Shown here one piece after another: positions 1 through 11,410 of a DNA stretch of 64,000 nt. This stretch comes from Tricharina praecox (taxonomy: Eukaryota). Position numbers and translations under genes: made by a program. Under the pieces are notes generated by a model. That model saw nothing but the letters and a program-made list of their open reading frames with translations. It ran no database searches and had not been told where the DNA came from. The stretch is from the NCBI RefSeq assembly GCF_024521635.1, contig NW_026250403.1, forward strand, positions 496,001 to 560,000, in the 5' to 3' direction. Numbering within the stretch: the first letter of the stretch is position 1; the number at the start of each line of letters is the position of its first letter.

Positions 1-1238
1 TGTCGGACTCACGATACTTGCTGGCGCTGGACCGAAGCCGAAGACACCTCCGCCGTCGGCGGCAAACGGCGATATCTCAAAACTGAACTTTGCGGAGCTT
101 CCAAATGCAAGGGCTGCTATACTGCTTGCCACCTACGACTTCGTTAATGCGAATAAGCTGTTTTGCTTTAACTTCGTCAACTACCAGGAGGCCGACCCGA
201 CAGGTAATGGCTCCTGCTTGTACCCACATATTAATCTGGGTGTCTTACTGATGTGACAAGCGACAACAGTTGAGCCTCCCATCTGCGCCTACTTCTCCCT
301 GACATCATACCTTCTCCACCACGCACATCGGTCCAGCCGATCCTCCCTCTACGCGCGCCTAAACCTCCTCGTTCTACGGATATTCCTCGAAGACCAAGCT
401 CTGTGCAAACGACTCGTCAGCGACGACACTAAGGGCTTCGTGCGGCTATGTCGACAGAAACCACCACATCTGCCCATCGTCCGTGGGAAAAGAATCCTTC
501 TCACGGCTGTGCTTGATATGGTGGCAGATGGGATCAATCACAATCTGCGGAAGAAAATGGACGTCGATCTCTACGTTGCGCTCGTAGATGCGCTGGTACG
601 GTCGGTATCGTTTTTGATACGGACACGCTACAGGCTGGGTGAGCTCTTATCACTCACTCCGCTCATCACATTGTTCCTGACTGACATCCCCAGCCTACCA
701 CTGGTCCGAACTCTGGCGCTGTCTCCTCACGCTGATGCGCTTCATGGCCTCCTATGCGACCGATCTCAAAGATCTCCCCAACATTTCAACGCTCCTTGAC
801 ATGGTGGTAAACCTCGTTGCCCTCTCCCTCTCCTCAGGCGATTCCTTCCTCCCAGGCGCCAGCGAATACGACGACCTATTCTACAAGCTCGTCGAAGCGG
901 GCGACGTCCTCGTCAAGTTCCGTGACGCTTACGATCTCTCCAAGCGGCCCTCGAACTCTATTGCTACGCTGATCAAGGTATCGGAGCATTACTACCAACT
1001 CATCGAGCAAAAGAGCGGTCGCGGGAAGAATCTTACCCCCCAACAGGTCGCCGAGGTCATCAAGAGCGGCTATGATTCGCTCGCCATGGATGGCGGGAGT
1101 GAGAAGAGCTTGGATCGGTGGGAGAAGTATAGAGAGGCGGATGAGAGAGGGTTCCTCAAGAAGGTGGCTCGAATGGTCGTCGAGGATTTGAGGAGCATTG
1201 AGGTCGGCGATGAACCTGTCGTTGCGGGAGTTAGGTAG
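1..1238 (+). CDS. ARMH3 / DUF1741 armadillo-like helical protein, 5'-truncated by the window (exons <1-203, 261-638, 694-1238)
   Basis: Spliced translation gives ILLATYDFVNANKLFC, LTSYLLHHAHRS, RLCRQKPP, DGINHNLRKKMD, YHWSELWRCLL and GDSFLP..EYDDLFYKLVE, motifs I recognise from the fungal DUF1741/ARMH3 family. Introns 204-260 and 639-693 are GT..AG with branch sites and keep the frame. Confidence 0.85.
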
Positions 1239-2602
1239 TCTCTTCATCTATGCGTATCTGGCCACGCTGGAGGTGTGCAATTGATATTTAGCGTTCATGG
1301 CTTTCTCTTTTTGGAGTTGTTCCTGTTGCTTGCTGTTGATTTTGGGAGTTGCATTGGGGGAGTTGGGGCTGGGGCTGGGCTGGGCTGTAGCACTACATCC
1401 ACGGATTTCGTGCCAGGTGCTTGGGGAAGATCGGAGTAATATGTGAAGCCTGCTGGATGGATGAATGGCTTGAATAGTGTGCGAAATAGTAATAGAAAAC
1501 AGTTATCGAGATCTAGGCAGATACCTAGTGAATCTTACGGTTGTTGAGTCCATGGCATGATGACAGAGGAACAGCTGGACAACTCACATGTGCCTCCGTT
1601 TAGGCAGGCACATATCCAACCTGGGGATTGTCAATGGGAGCTGAAACCACTATGTATGCCAATTCTTTACAGCTGTTCATCGGGTCTCCACTTAATTCTG
1701 CGGCCTTGCTGGCCGACCCGGCGTTTCCGGGTCAATTGCAACCATCGAGAGGACATCCGCCGTGACACCAGCCCAGTGGGTAACCGCAATTGATCCTTCG
1801 CTATTCGGGGGCAGGGAGTCTTACAGGCACAATCCAGGTCGTGTCGTGATGTCATGGAAAATGGCTATATCAGAAACCTGCACACTTACCCCCGGCCTGT
1901 GGCCTTCGGAAAGTAAACACATTCGGTACCTTTGCCATGGTCGTTCGTTCCACATGGAACTGGCTCCGGATCTTCGGGCCATCTAGAGTTTGTACTCTAA
2001 GGGTGGGTTGACATGCGCAGAACAGACGCGCAGGAGAACTGGGGGACATAGCCGTCGTTATGAAATACTGCTTTTGTGAAGATAGCATTGAGGAAGGTGC
2101 GTATATAAGTAAGCAGTAGGATGATCCGAAAGGATTTTCTTCTCGCTTGAAGTCTCGAGTTTCAAAGATCCTCCCTCGAATTCCTCGGCATCATCGGAGT
2201 TCGGCCAGCTATTTTTGGGAACTCGCTAATCTTGGACCGTTTCGAGCCCTTCTTCCTACAATAGGCAGCTTTGTGGCATCAGTTCCTCGCAGAAATGCAG
2301 GAGTTTAATATCCAACTACGCCGACCTGAACCTTGCCGTCGCACCACTCACTGTATGTATGTGTGTAGGATCACTTTATCCAGATGCGCAGGATGTGAAT
2401 TCTGCAGGTACATACGGAGCCCAGAGTGGAACTACTATCGGAAGCCTGGGAAGGAAGGAAGGACGGATATGAAAATACTACAAAATCAGCAGATGATCCG
2501 GCCTGTTGTGGTTCTCAGAGCTGCACCGATCACCGGCATCCTCTTTCCTTCTCGCCCTTTTCTTTGGGGTTGCATTCGTTAACTTGAATATTCACATTCG
2601 CT

Positions 2603-5078
2603 ATGAGGATCTCCCTCTCCACGTTCTTTGGCTGCCTGGCCAGCAGCAGTATCTTGTCCACAGCCGTGGCACAGACGCAATGTACCGTCAACACATCGAT
2701 CGACAACTATGCCCAGTGGTCGAGTAGCCTCAACACCCTGGGCGGGTGGACGAGTGATGACGGGACGATGTCGGTCATCTCCGCCGCCTCAGGAAAGCTC
2801 TCGTTTACCCCCAAGTCCGACGGCAGTTCGTACTTTTACACTACGTTTGACTGCATCGCTGCTCCCGCTTCGCCGGGCACAGCGGCCATCACGTTCTCCA
2901 TCAAGGGCCCGGCGGGCAGCTCGTTCCTCCTGGAGATCCAGGTGTCGCCCACATGCTCTGATGCATACACCAGTCGGTATGTGACCGTCTCCGCGATTCC
3001 GGCCGCCGGGAAAACGGTTACCGTTGCTCTCCTGCCCGGTGAGGTCGTGCAGGCTTTCGCCTGGATGGATTTCACCCAGGGTGCTTGGGAACTCGGCCAG
3101 ACGCAGCTGCTGTGTGCGTCTTCGGCGACTACGCCGTCCTCCGCAACGACATCCGCCGTTTCGTCACTACCGGTTTCTTCGGTACCTGCATCTTCGGTAC
3201 CTGCATCTTCGGCCCCCGCATCTTCGGCGCCGGCTTCGTCGGTGCCTGCTTCTTCGACGACGTCGGCTCCTACATCAACCCCCTCCGGCACCTGCAAGAA
3301 CCTGTTGATTGACGACTGGGCGTCCCAGTCGAGGCTGACTTTCTTGTACTATAATGCCATGCTTGAGGTATGTGATCCGCATAGTTTTGGCCAGCAACAT
3401 ACACTGACATGGAATATAGCCCTCCAGCGATGATGGAACCATGAGCTCGGTCGTTGTATCCAACAATAGGGTCACCCTCACTCCTGGAACCAATTCGTAC
3501 TTCTACTCCCAGTTCGACTGCATCAGTGCCACCAGCAAGTATGGCGGTATCAGTCTGCGTATCAAAGCTCCCGCCGGAACCACATTCACGGTTGAGCTTC
3601 AGACCAATGCTGATTGCACTACCAACAACCCCGTATCCCTAGACCTGACCACCACACAGCTTGGGTGGACATTCGACGGCACGGAGAAGGTGTACAACAT
3701 CGCTTTCAGCAAGTATTCCGGCCTGGACACGGGCAAGCTCGTAGCTATCCTCTTCCAGAGTTTCAGCACATCTGTGACCATGGGCCCAATGGCATTCTAC
3801 TGCGGAACCACGATCAGCGAATACACGCTCCCAGCGACCACTACCGCCGCGGGACCCACCGCCACTGTACCGGCGACCTCTGCCACCGCCACTCCCTTTG
3901 TAATCGACAACTTCTCCAGCGCCGACACCAACACCTTGGGTCAATGGCACGGCGGCGACGATGCCACAGGCATGTCCATCTCCGGCGGCAAGCTGACTAT
4001 CAACTTCTCGGACAGCGACTACTCCTTCTACACGCAGCTGACGGGCACCTGCCGGGACATGACCGCCTACAGCAGCGGCTACCTGCACATCGCCTTCACC
4101 GGCAGTGCCAAATTCAGCATTGCACTGCAGCAGCACAACAGCGCCTGCGACTCGGAGATCGCCCCGTTCCCGGAGACCTGGGACGAGGTCTACGCCGAGC
4201 GCTACTTCAGCAACGGCCACGTCTACATCCCGATCTCGCACTTCAACATCGTCAAGACCCGAGTGATCGGTGTCGCCCTCAAGGGCTTCACCGGCACCGC
4301 CTCGACCGTCTTCTCGCTCGTCGAGATCGTCCGCACCGCACCGAGCACCTACACCATCCCGTCCAAGCTCGCCACCGCACCCCTCGTCTTCGCCTGCACG
4401 CGCCCCAACAGCTTCGCCTTCGCCATCGACGACGGCCAGCCCGAGCTAGCGCAGCAAGTGCTAGAAACCATCCGCGCAGCAGACATCAAGGTGACGTTCT
4501 TCACAGTGGGCGCGGCACTGCTGGACCCCTCCACCAATCTGTCGAATGTGTACAACGAGATGCTCTCGGAGGGCCACCAGGTCGCGCTGCACAGCTACAC
4601 GCATCCGAAGATGGAGGGACTGCAGACGCTCGCCGATATCGACTGGGAGATCGACAACGATGTTGCCGCGGTGCAGCAGACGCTGGGCATCAGCAGCAGC
4701 TACTTCCGCCCGCCGTTCGGAAACGTAGGCGCTAGATTCCGCGAGCGTATTGCGGCTAAGCTGCCCGGCGGGAAGTTGATCAACTGGAGTGTTGACGTGC
4801 AGGTACATACCCCCTCCCTTCTCCTCCCCTCCCTTCCATCCCATCATACTAATATGTACCGATAGGATTGGCTCTGGGGCGAATCCTCCACCCCCGAGAA
4901 GCAGCTGGAAGCGTTCAGCGCGGACCTGGCGAAGGGCGGGAACCTGGTCGTTCTGCACTACTTGTACCCGAGCACGGTGCAGTACCTGCCGCAGTTCATT
5001 GCGCTCGCGAAGGCTACCGGCAAGCAGCTCATGCGTGTCGACCAGTGTCTTGAGGATCCGAATGCCCCGGCGCTGTAA
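2603..5078 (+). CDS. Secreted carbohydrate esterase family 4 (NodB-type polysaccharide/chitin deacetylase) with three N-terminal repeated domains; exons 2603-3367, 3420-4802, 4866-5078; 786 aa
   Basis: Signal peptide MRISLSTFFGCLASSSILSTAVA. CE4 motifs FAIDDG, HSYTH, YFRPPFG, VDVQDWLW and VVLHY. Introns 3368-3419 and 4803-4865 are canonical and in frame. Confidence 0.92.
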
Positions 5079-7055
5079 AAGCGGGAGGTGTAGTGAGTAA
5101 CGTAGGATGGGCCCGATGGGGGGAGGGGGGAATGTATTGAGTTATGGCCTGCGGCCGGATGTGCGGTAGTTGCTAGTTATAGTTGTAGTAGTAAAATGTT
5201 CAAGTGCCAGTTTGTTTGCTTGAGGCTTCCTCGCTATCGAGTGATACCAAAATATCTGGGCTGCCACTAACTACGGAAAGACCCGTGGGTGTTTTATACA
5301 CCGATGATTACTGGTCTACTATACGGCAATATTCACAAATATGTACGACGACGGCGGCCCTCTAGTCCTAGGTATGCAATGTGTGGGAAGATCTATTCAG
5401 AGGTCCGGACGGCGCGAGCGGTATGTATCTATCGCCGCTCGGTGAGATTCAATAGCCCCGCGAGCTGCCATTGCTAGCCCTTCCCTCACCATGCCATCTG
5501 CGATTGATTCTCGCCAGCCTCAGATACCTATTGAGCCTGGGGCACCAATACGCCTATCAACCCCCCCCCCCCTCATACGAGTGATGGCGAGACGTATGTA
5601 CCTACACAGTACCTGCAGTACAAACCTGCCCCAACTCCAGCGTTTTGGTTCGAATCACACTTGTAGTTGTAGTTGTAGACCTGTCACTCGTGCCAAGGTG
5701 GTGAGCACCGCCCCGGGTCGCTCGCTGCAACACAGAGGCGCCTCGATCGAACCCCGCGCTCCCTCAGCATAAGACTTCCTACGGCCAACAATCAACGGCC
5801 ATGAGCCTGTCGTAGCTCTCGCCTACGTAGGGTTTCTGGAGTCTGGGGTCTGGAGTCATACAAGTGATTCTATTCCCGTGCCGGTGGGCACCCATCGCTT
5901 GACTGGCAGTGGGAGCCTGGGAGCCTGGGAGGACAAGCACAAGCGAATGAGACCCAGTTACCCAGACGCAAGGTTTTCCAGAATAGATACAAATTCGCAA
6001 CAGCAACGATCATGGATACTCTAGCTGGCGTGAAGAGGTCTAGAAGGGTTGGCAAAAAAAGTGCGGGGCTGTCCAATCGGATTGCTATGTTGGGGATTGC
6101 AAGCAAGCAATTCGGACCGAGCAGCGTCCCACGTGAGGGCGGTTGATGGTGGAGTGGAGTGGCGAGTCCGAAACATTGGCTGAAACTTCAAACGGGGTTC
6201 TTTGTTAAAGCCTTGGAGTATGATGTTCCATTATTTTCTTTTCGATTCTCGCGTTACCCGCACTGCCGCCGAAAGGAGAATATGAGGATGAAAGAAGGGG
6301 GCAATTCACCATCAAAGGATCGTGGTGACCTTGTGGCGTTGGCTGGACAAGGTCCAGAAAGAGCGAGAGAGAATGGATTTATTGTCGCGTGTGGCCTTAG
6401 TCATACACTATTCTATGGCGTCACGGACAAGGGCCAGTTCATACGGACCAAATGTCTCTTCTCTTCGTCTCGTCTCTTCTTTCAGTGGGCGAAGGTCGCT
6501 ATTGAGGCAAAAGGGAGGGGTTGGGCCATGAGAGCTCCTGCTGCTCTACTCTACGGTATGTGGAGTATGTACGATTGGGTTGTGGGATAACGGATTGCCG
6601 GTGCAGGTGGTTGGGACCAAAGCTGGCACGTTTCATCCCTCGCTCGCATCACCATGACAGCCCATAAGACACCAGAGACCAGAGGGGACTTGTGTTGCTG
6701 AAAAGAAACATCCGGAGGACCCTGAACACTCTTCCATCCACGACCACCACAAGACCCCTCCCCGCCGCTCTTTAACGGAAACTCTGGTCTCTTCTCTCGT
6801 TTGCACGCTCCAGCTCGTCCTAGCTAATCAGTCGTCACTGAAAGCCTCTCTCTCGAGTTCCCACCCCTCCCCCACTCTGCTGTCCTCCATCCATCCTTGT
6901 CCCTCACCGGCCGTCCGACATCAGACCGACCGAACGTCAACGGAGGTACCTAGGCTATGTACATGGTCCGTAAAGCAAAATAATCCCCAGTACCTACTTC
7001 CGTCCACCACCACCACAAGCAGCAGCAGCAGCAGCGTCCAATCGAATACGGCGCC

Positions 7056-9189
7056 ATGGATCCTCCGATGGAAGAGGCCCACACTCTTATTGCACCACGA
7101 CCACCCTCTACCCCGCCTTACCGCACGCCGACGCCCGAACCACGACTGCCGGCCCACGCCTCGGCCACCAGCGCACACGACCACGTGATGTCGCCCAATG
7201 ACAACCGCAACCGCAACTGCACACCTTCGTCGGACCTGAGCTCGCCGCCCGTCTCGATTTCCCGTCGCTCGCGCAGTTCCTGCGCCCGCTCCAGCACGTC
7301 GCTCAATTCCTCCGACTCGGCGCGCTCTGACTCGGCCCAGACTCCCGCGTCGACGGTGTCCAGCGGCGGCGACGGCGGCGGCGCAGGTGACGGCGGTTGC
7401 CCGGCTTTTGCGCCGACACAGTCAAAGACCATCGTGGCCGATGGTGTCAAGTTCGATTCGTGGCCGGTTGCGGCGAGGCCCGATGCGCCGACGCTCGGCG
7501 ACGAGCCGAAGAGACTGCCCGACGGGAGTGTCAAGCCGAGGACGAAACGGGAGGCGGAAGATCAGTTGGAGTTCCAGTGGCAGAAGAAGAGGAAGCGTAA
7601 GTCACCCTTGGGGGCGCTGTTGCCAGCGTCTTGTCTGGTTTTTGACGGTAGAGACGTGGATTAGTGGCGCTCAAGGAGAAGATTTTCGAGAACTCTGGAG
7701 ACGAGGCTGTGGGTTGCACAACAAAATTCGATATGGAGGGTAGTGTCCATTTCGATGGAGAACCCCTGCCGGAATGGCTGAATGCCGAGCGGGAGTTCCA
7801 AGATGACGGCAGGCCGGGCACGTTCATCGTTCGGCCCAGCAAGGAGGACTTTGAGATGAGATGGCCGGAGATCTTGCAAACACTGCAACCGTTCGGGATG
7901 AGGCTGGGCATCGTGAAACTGGAGATTCCGCCAGAATGGTTGGTCCCTCCCCCCTCCTCGCACGCGCAGGATAGAGGACCCGGCGGTCCTGACGAATATG
8001 TGACAGTCTTGGTAAGGTGATGCCTTACAGCGAGTGGGTGGCCACAAGACCGCCTGAGGTGGCTCTTCCGCCACCGCCGAAGCCGAAGGCTGCACGAAAG
8101 GGCCGTCCTCTAAGGGGCAAGGCACATCATGGACGGAAGGGCTTGTTCTCCAAGCAGAGCAGCTGCACACCAGCACTGGAGTCCGAGGCCGACATGCCGG
8201 CTCCAGAAGTAGAGGGGCCACCGCCACGACCGCCACCACCGGATCCGATGGTGTACGAAATGAGCCAGCATTTACCCCTTCACCTCAACTCCAAACACCA
8301 ATATGCGCCCATCTACGAAGTGATATCAAAGCGCAAAACGCTAGTTCCTATATCCTCGTTCCCGCACGACCTCGACGAAAACTCGCAGAACCTTCGTATT
8401 CCGGAGGAAACAATGCTGAAGCGCGGCCGCGAATGGGCCGACATAGTGAAGCAGAACCCTGGCGGCGAAGTCTTCTACTCATCGGACAATGATGTGACGG
8501 AAGAGCTCCGCGCCTACCTTGGTCTCGTGGACCCGAAACTCGACAAGCTGCCGGGAAACCACATATTTGACAGTACGGAGACTGTAATAGGAATACACAC
8601 TCCCTACTTGTACCTGGGCAACGCATACACGCTGTTCGCACTGCACCAAGAGGACTACTGCGCGCTCTCGCTCAACTTCCACCACAAGGGCGCCCCAAAA
8701 ATGTGGCGCGTCACGTGTCCGCTCGATTTCGACAAGGTGGAGCGAATAGTCGCGCGGAACCAGGACGAGGCGCCCGGCGAGAAGCTGTGCTCGCAGCATG
8801 TGCGCCACGCCAGCCTGTTCCTGTCGCAAGGGATCCTGGAGCTCGAGGGAGTCCGCAGCATCCTCGTCCGCCAGAAGAAGGGCGAGATGATCATCACGTG
8901 GCCGCTCTCGTATCACCAGGGATGGAACGAGGGCCCAAATATCTGTGAAGCTATCGCTTATGGAAGCGCGGTTTGGAAGAAGACCTTCGTTGAGGACGGG
9001 GAGATGATGTATCGTACCTGCGGAAGGAGGTGCATCACCCGCGGCATGGGCATACCGATAGAGTTGGACTTCACGAAGACTAAGACATCCGCTGCCGCCG
9101 CCGATGAGGCTGCTAAACTGCAGGCGGACGAGGAGGTGGACGCGAAGATGGAGGTGGAGATGAAGGTGGAAGTGGAGGTGGAGGTATGA
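7056..9189 (+). CDS. JmjN/JmjC Fe(II)/2-oxoglutarate dioxygenase, KDM4/KDM5-like histone demethylase; exons 7056-7596, 7665-7938, 8007-9189; 665 aa
   Basis: JmjN-like segment RPSKEDFE...GIVKLEIPPE. JmjC segment GIHTPYLYLG...FALHQED...SLNFHHKGAPKMW...TWPLSYHQGWNEGPNICEA, with the H-x-E...H iron triad. Introns 7597-7664 and 7939-8006 join three ORF-track frames. Confidence 0.85.
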
Positions 9190-9341
9190 GCGGACTGGAC
9201 TGGACTGGACTGGACCGGGTTTCTTACCACTGTTGCTTTCTTCATACGATGTAAGTATTTAATCTTGCGGGTGGCTGTCACGGGACTCACGGCGTTGCGG
9301 ATAACGACTCATTTGTTTTCTTTCTTTCTGCGTTTCCTGTG

Positions 9342-9417
9342 TTTTCTTTGGAGCTCTTTTCTGTGGAGCTCTTTTCTGTGGAGCTCTTTTCTGTGGAGCT
9401 CTTTTCTGCGGAGCTCT
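9342..9417. repeat. 15-bp tandem repeat (GAGCTCTTTTCTGTG), about 4.5 copies, in the likely 3' UTR of the JmjC gene
   Basis: Directly visible tandem copies. Confidence 0.9.
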
Positions 9418-10979
9418 GTTCTTCCGGCTTTGTTTCGCTTCTTCAGTGTTTCATATTACGGGGTTTTTTCCAACCATAGCCAGCACAAAGGTACTCTGCT
9501 TAGAACTGTGTACTTACGATGGGAGAATTGGTGATTTGGGGGCGTGTACTATTGTTTTCTTTGACGATGGTATGACACTGGACAGGGTGAACAAAACGGA
9601 TGGATGGATGGATGGATGTTCGATGGATGGGTTGGTCGGATGGGTATGGATTGGAACGGATGTGGTCACTGGTCATTCACACAAGGATGCCGAGCTGGAA
9701 GCTGGGAGGCTGATCGGTAGTCTAAATGAGTTTGGGCCCGGGGGAGCAAATTCAATGAAAAGCCACCGGACTCGGTCACTCGGTCACTCGGTATACAGAT
9801 GTGGAGAAGACAAGTTATGGCCATCCCCATGGGCCATGATCCATCGGAAACACGGAAGGAAAACTATTGGAATCATGAATGTGGAAGCCCCGGGCGAGAA
9901 CTTGAGAAACGAATTGATCATGAACATGAGCATCTCGGCTAGAAGCATTCCAGCAATCGTTAGGCACATAATACATTGCAGATCAAATCTGAAAACCAGC
10001 CCAAGTTCCAACGTGTAGCCTTCCGGTTGACTCCCACAGCAGATAGGTACAGACAGATCCGGCGGGTTATCGGATCGTGAGGATATCAATGGCCGCCTGC
10101 TTCTCACGCTCACGCCTCAATACCCAACACCTAACACCCAACACCCAACACGCAGACCGCCGCCCCACCAGTTCATGGAGAAGCGAGTAGTGGGGAGGGG
10201 GTAAGCATTGAACCTCGTTCGCAGTTCGCACCACGTCTCCGTCTGGCAGATAAGCCGAGTGATAATTCCAGAATCTCGCAGACCACTCGGATCTGCCCCA
10301 CCCCCGACTCCACCCCCGACTCCACTCCTCGACTCCACCAGTCAAGTCAACCAGTCCAGTCCACCTCAACCCCCGCAATCAGGCTGAAGTCAGTCCGATT
10401 CCGAGCTGCAGGCACTCTGCGAACCTGGTTGGCGGTGTGTGTGAGTGTGAGTGAGTGGCTGGGATGAGGAGGGGGGTGGGGGTGGGCTGCAATGCGGACT
10501 ACATACTGCCAAGCTTAGCGAGTTGGATGGTAGGGGAGGGAGAGGGGGATGGGAGGGGGAGGGGCTGTGAAGCTGCTGCGGGAGCCGGAGGGGGAGTTGG
10601 AGCTGGAGGTGGGGCTGGGGCTGGAGGGAGGGATGCGGGATTTCACAGGGTTGCGTGCGTGCTGGGAGATACTGTTGCACAGTTGAGGAATTGTCAGCGC
10701 CGTTACGATATGGATACTTGCTACCTGGGGTATGTGTGTACATGTGTATCAATGACATACGGACAGCCAACTGCGCGGCGTGCCTTAATGTGCTTGTGGG
10801 AGGAGGTACCGTATTATCTCAGATAACTGACCGGTCAGTGAAATGGATTTGCAGCAGAACATCAGTCGATTAGGTTAATGCGGCTGAAACTCCTGAAGCA
10901 TCGTGGGAATGGCAGATGTAGAGCATTGCAGTACACTCAACAAAGATTAAGTCGATAGATAGAAACGACGGAAACCAGA

Positions 10980-11410
10980 ATGGAGAACAACGAGGTCACC
11001 TTTCTTACGAAAGTAGCACACGCCGACAGAGTCATATCAGAATTCGCAGCTCTTGTTCTTACGTCTACGGCTAAATATGCTCCCGACAACGACAGTGATG
11101 AAGACAACAATATCGGACTGATCGCTCGTCAAACATGTCTACAACGCACAGTGGGCGCGCTCTTGACAGACTCGGTTGACGCGTCCTCGGCAGAAGACTT
11201 GGTGGGCGCGCTCATGGCAGGCTCAGTGGACGCGTTCTTGCCTGGCTCGGCGGCCGCGCTCTCGGCAGGCGCGCTCTCGGCAGGTTCAGTGGTGTGCTCT
11301 TGACAGGCTCCGTGGGCGTGCCCGTGGAAGGTTCAGTGGACGCATCCTCAGCAGGCTCAGCGGTCACTTTCTCAGCGCGCATGGGAAAAGATGCGCGTTC
11401 CAGTTGAACC
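10980..11410. pseudogene. Possible decayed repetitive coding sequence (degenerate codon-phased repeats broken by a frameshift)
   Basis: Repeats such as gcaggctcagtggacgcg translate as GSVDA (+) or ASTEPA (-) in one frame and continue in another frame after about 11295. Confidence 0.3.

Noticed and set aside
3614-4735. 373-aa alternative-frame ORF within the CE4 gene, and similar long overlapping ORFs in the GH3 and DNMT5 genes
   Set aside because: Explained by high GC3 codon bias suppressing stops; no recognisable motifs.
5735-5830. GGTTCGATC on the minus strand, resembling a tRNA T-loop
   Set aside because: The flanks do not form a T-stem or acceptor stem.
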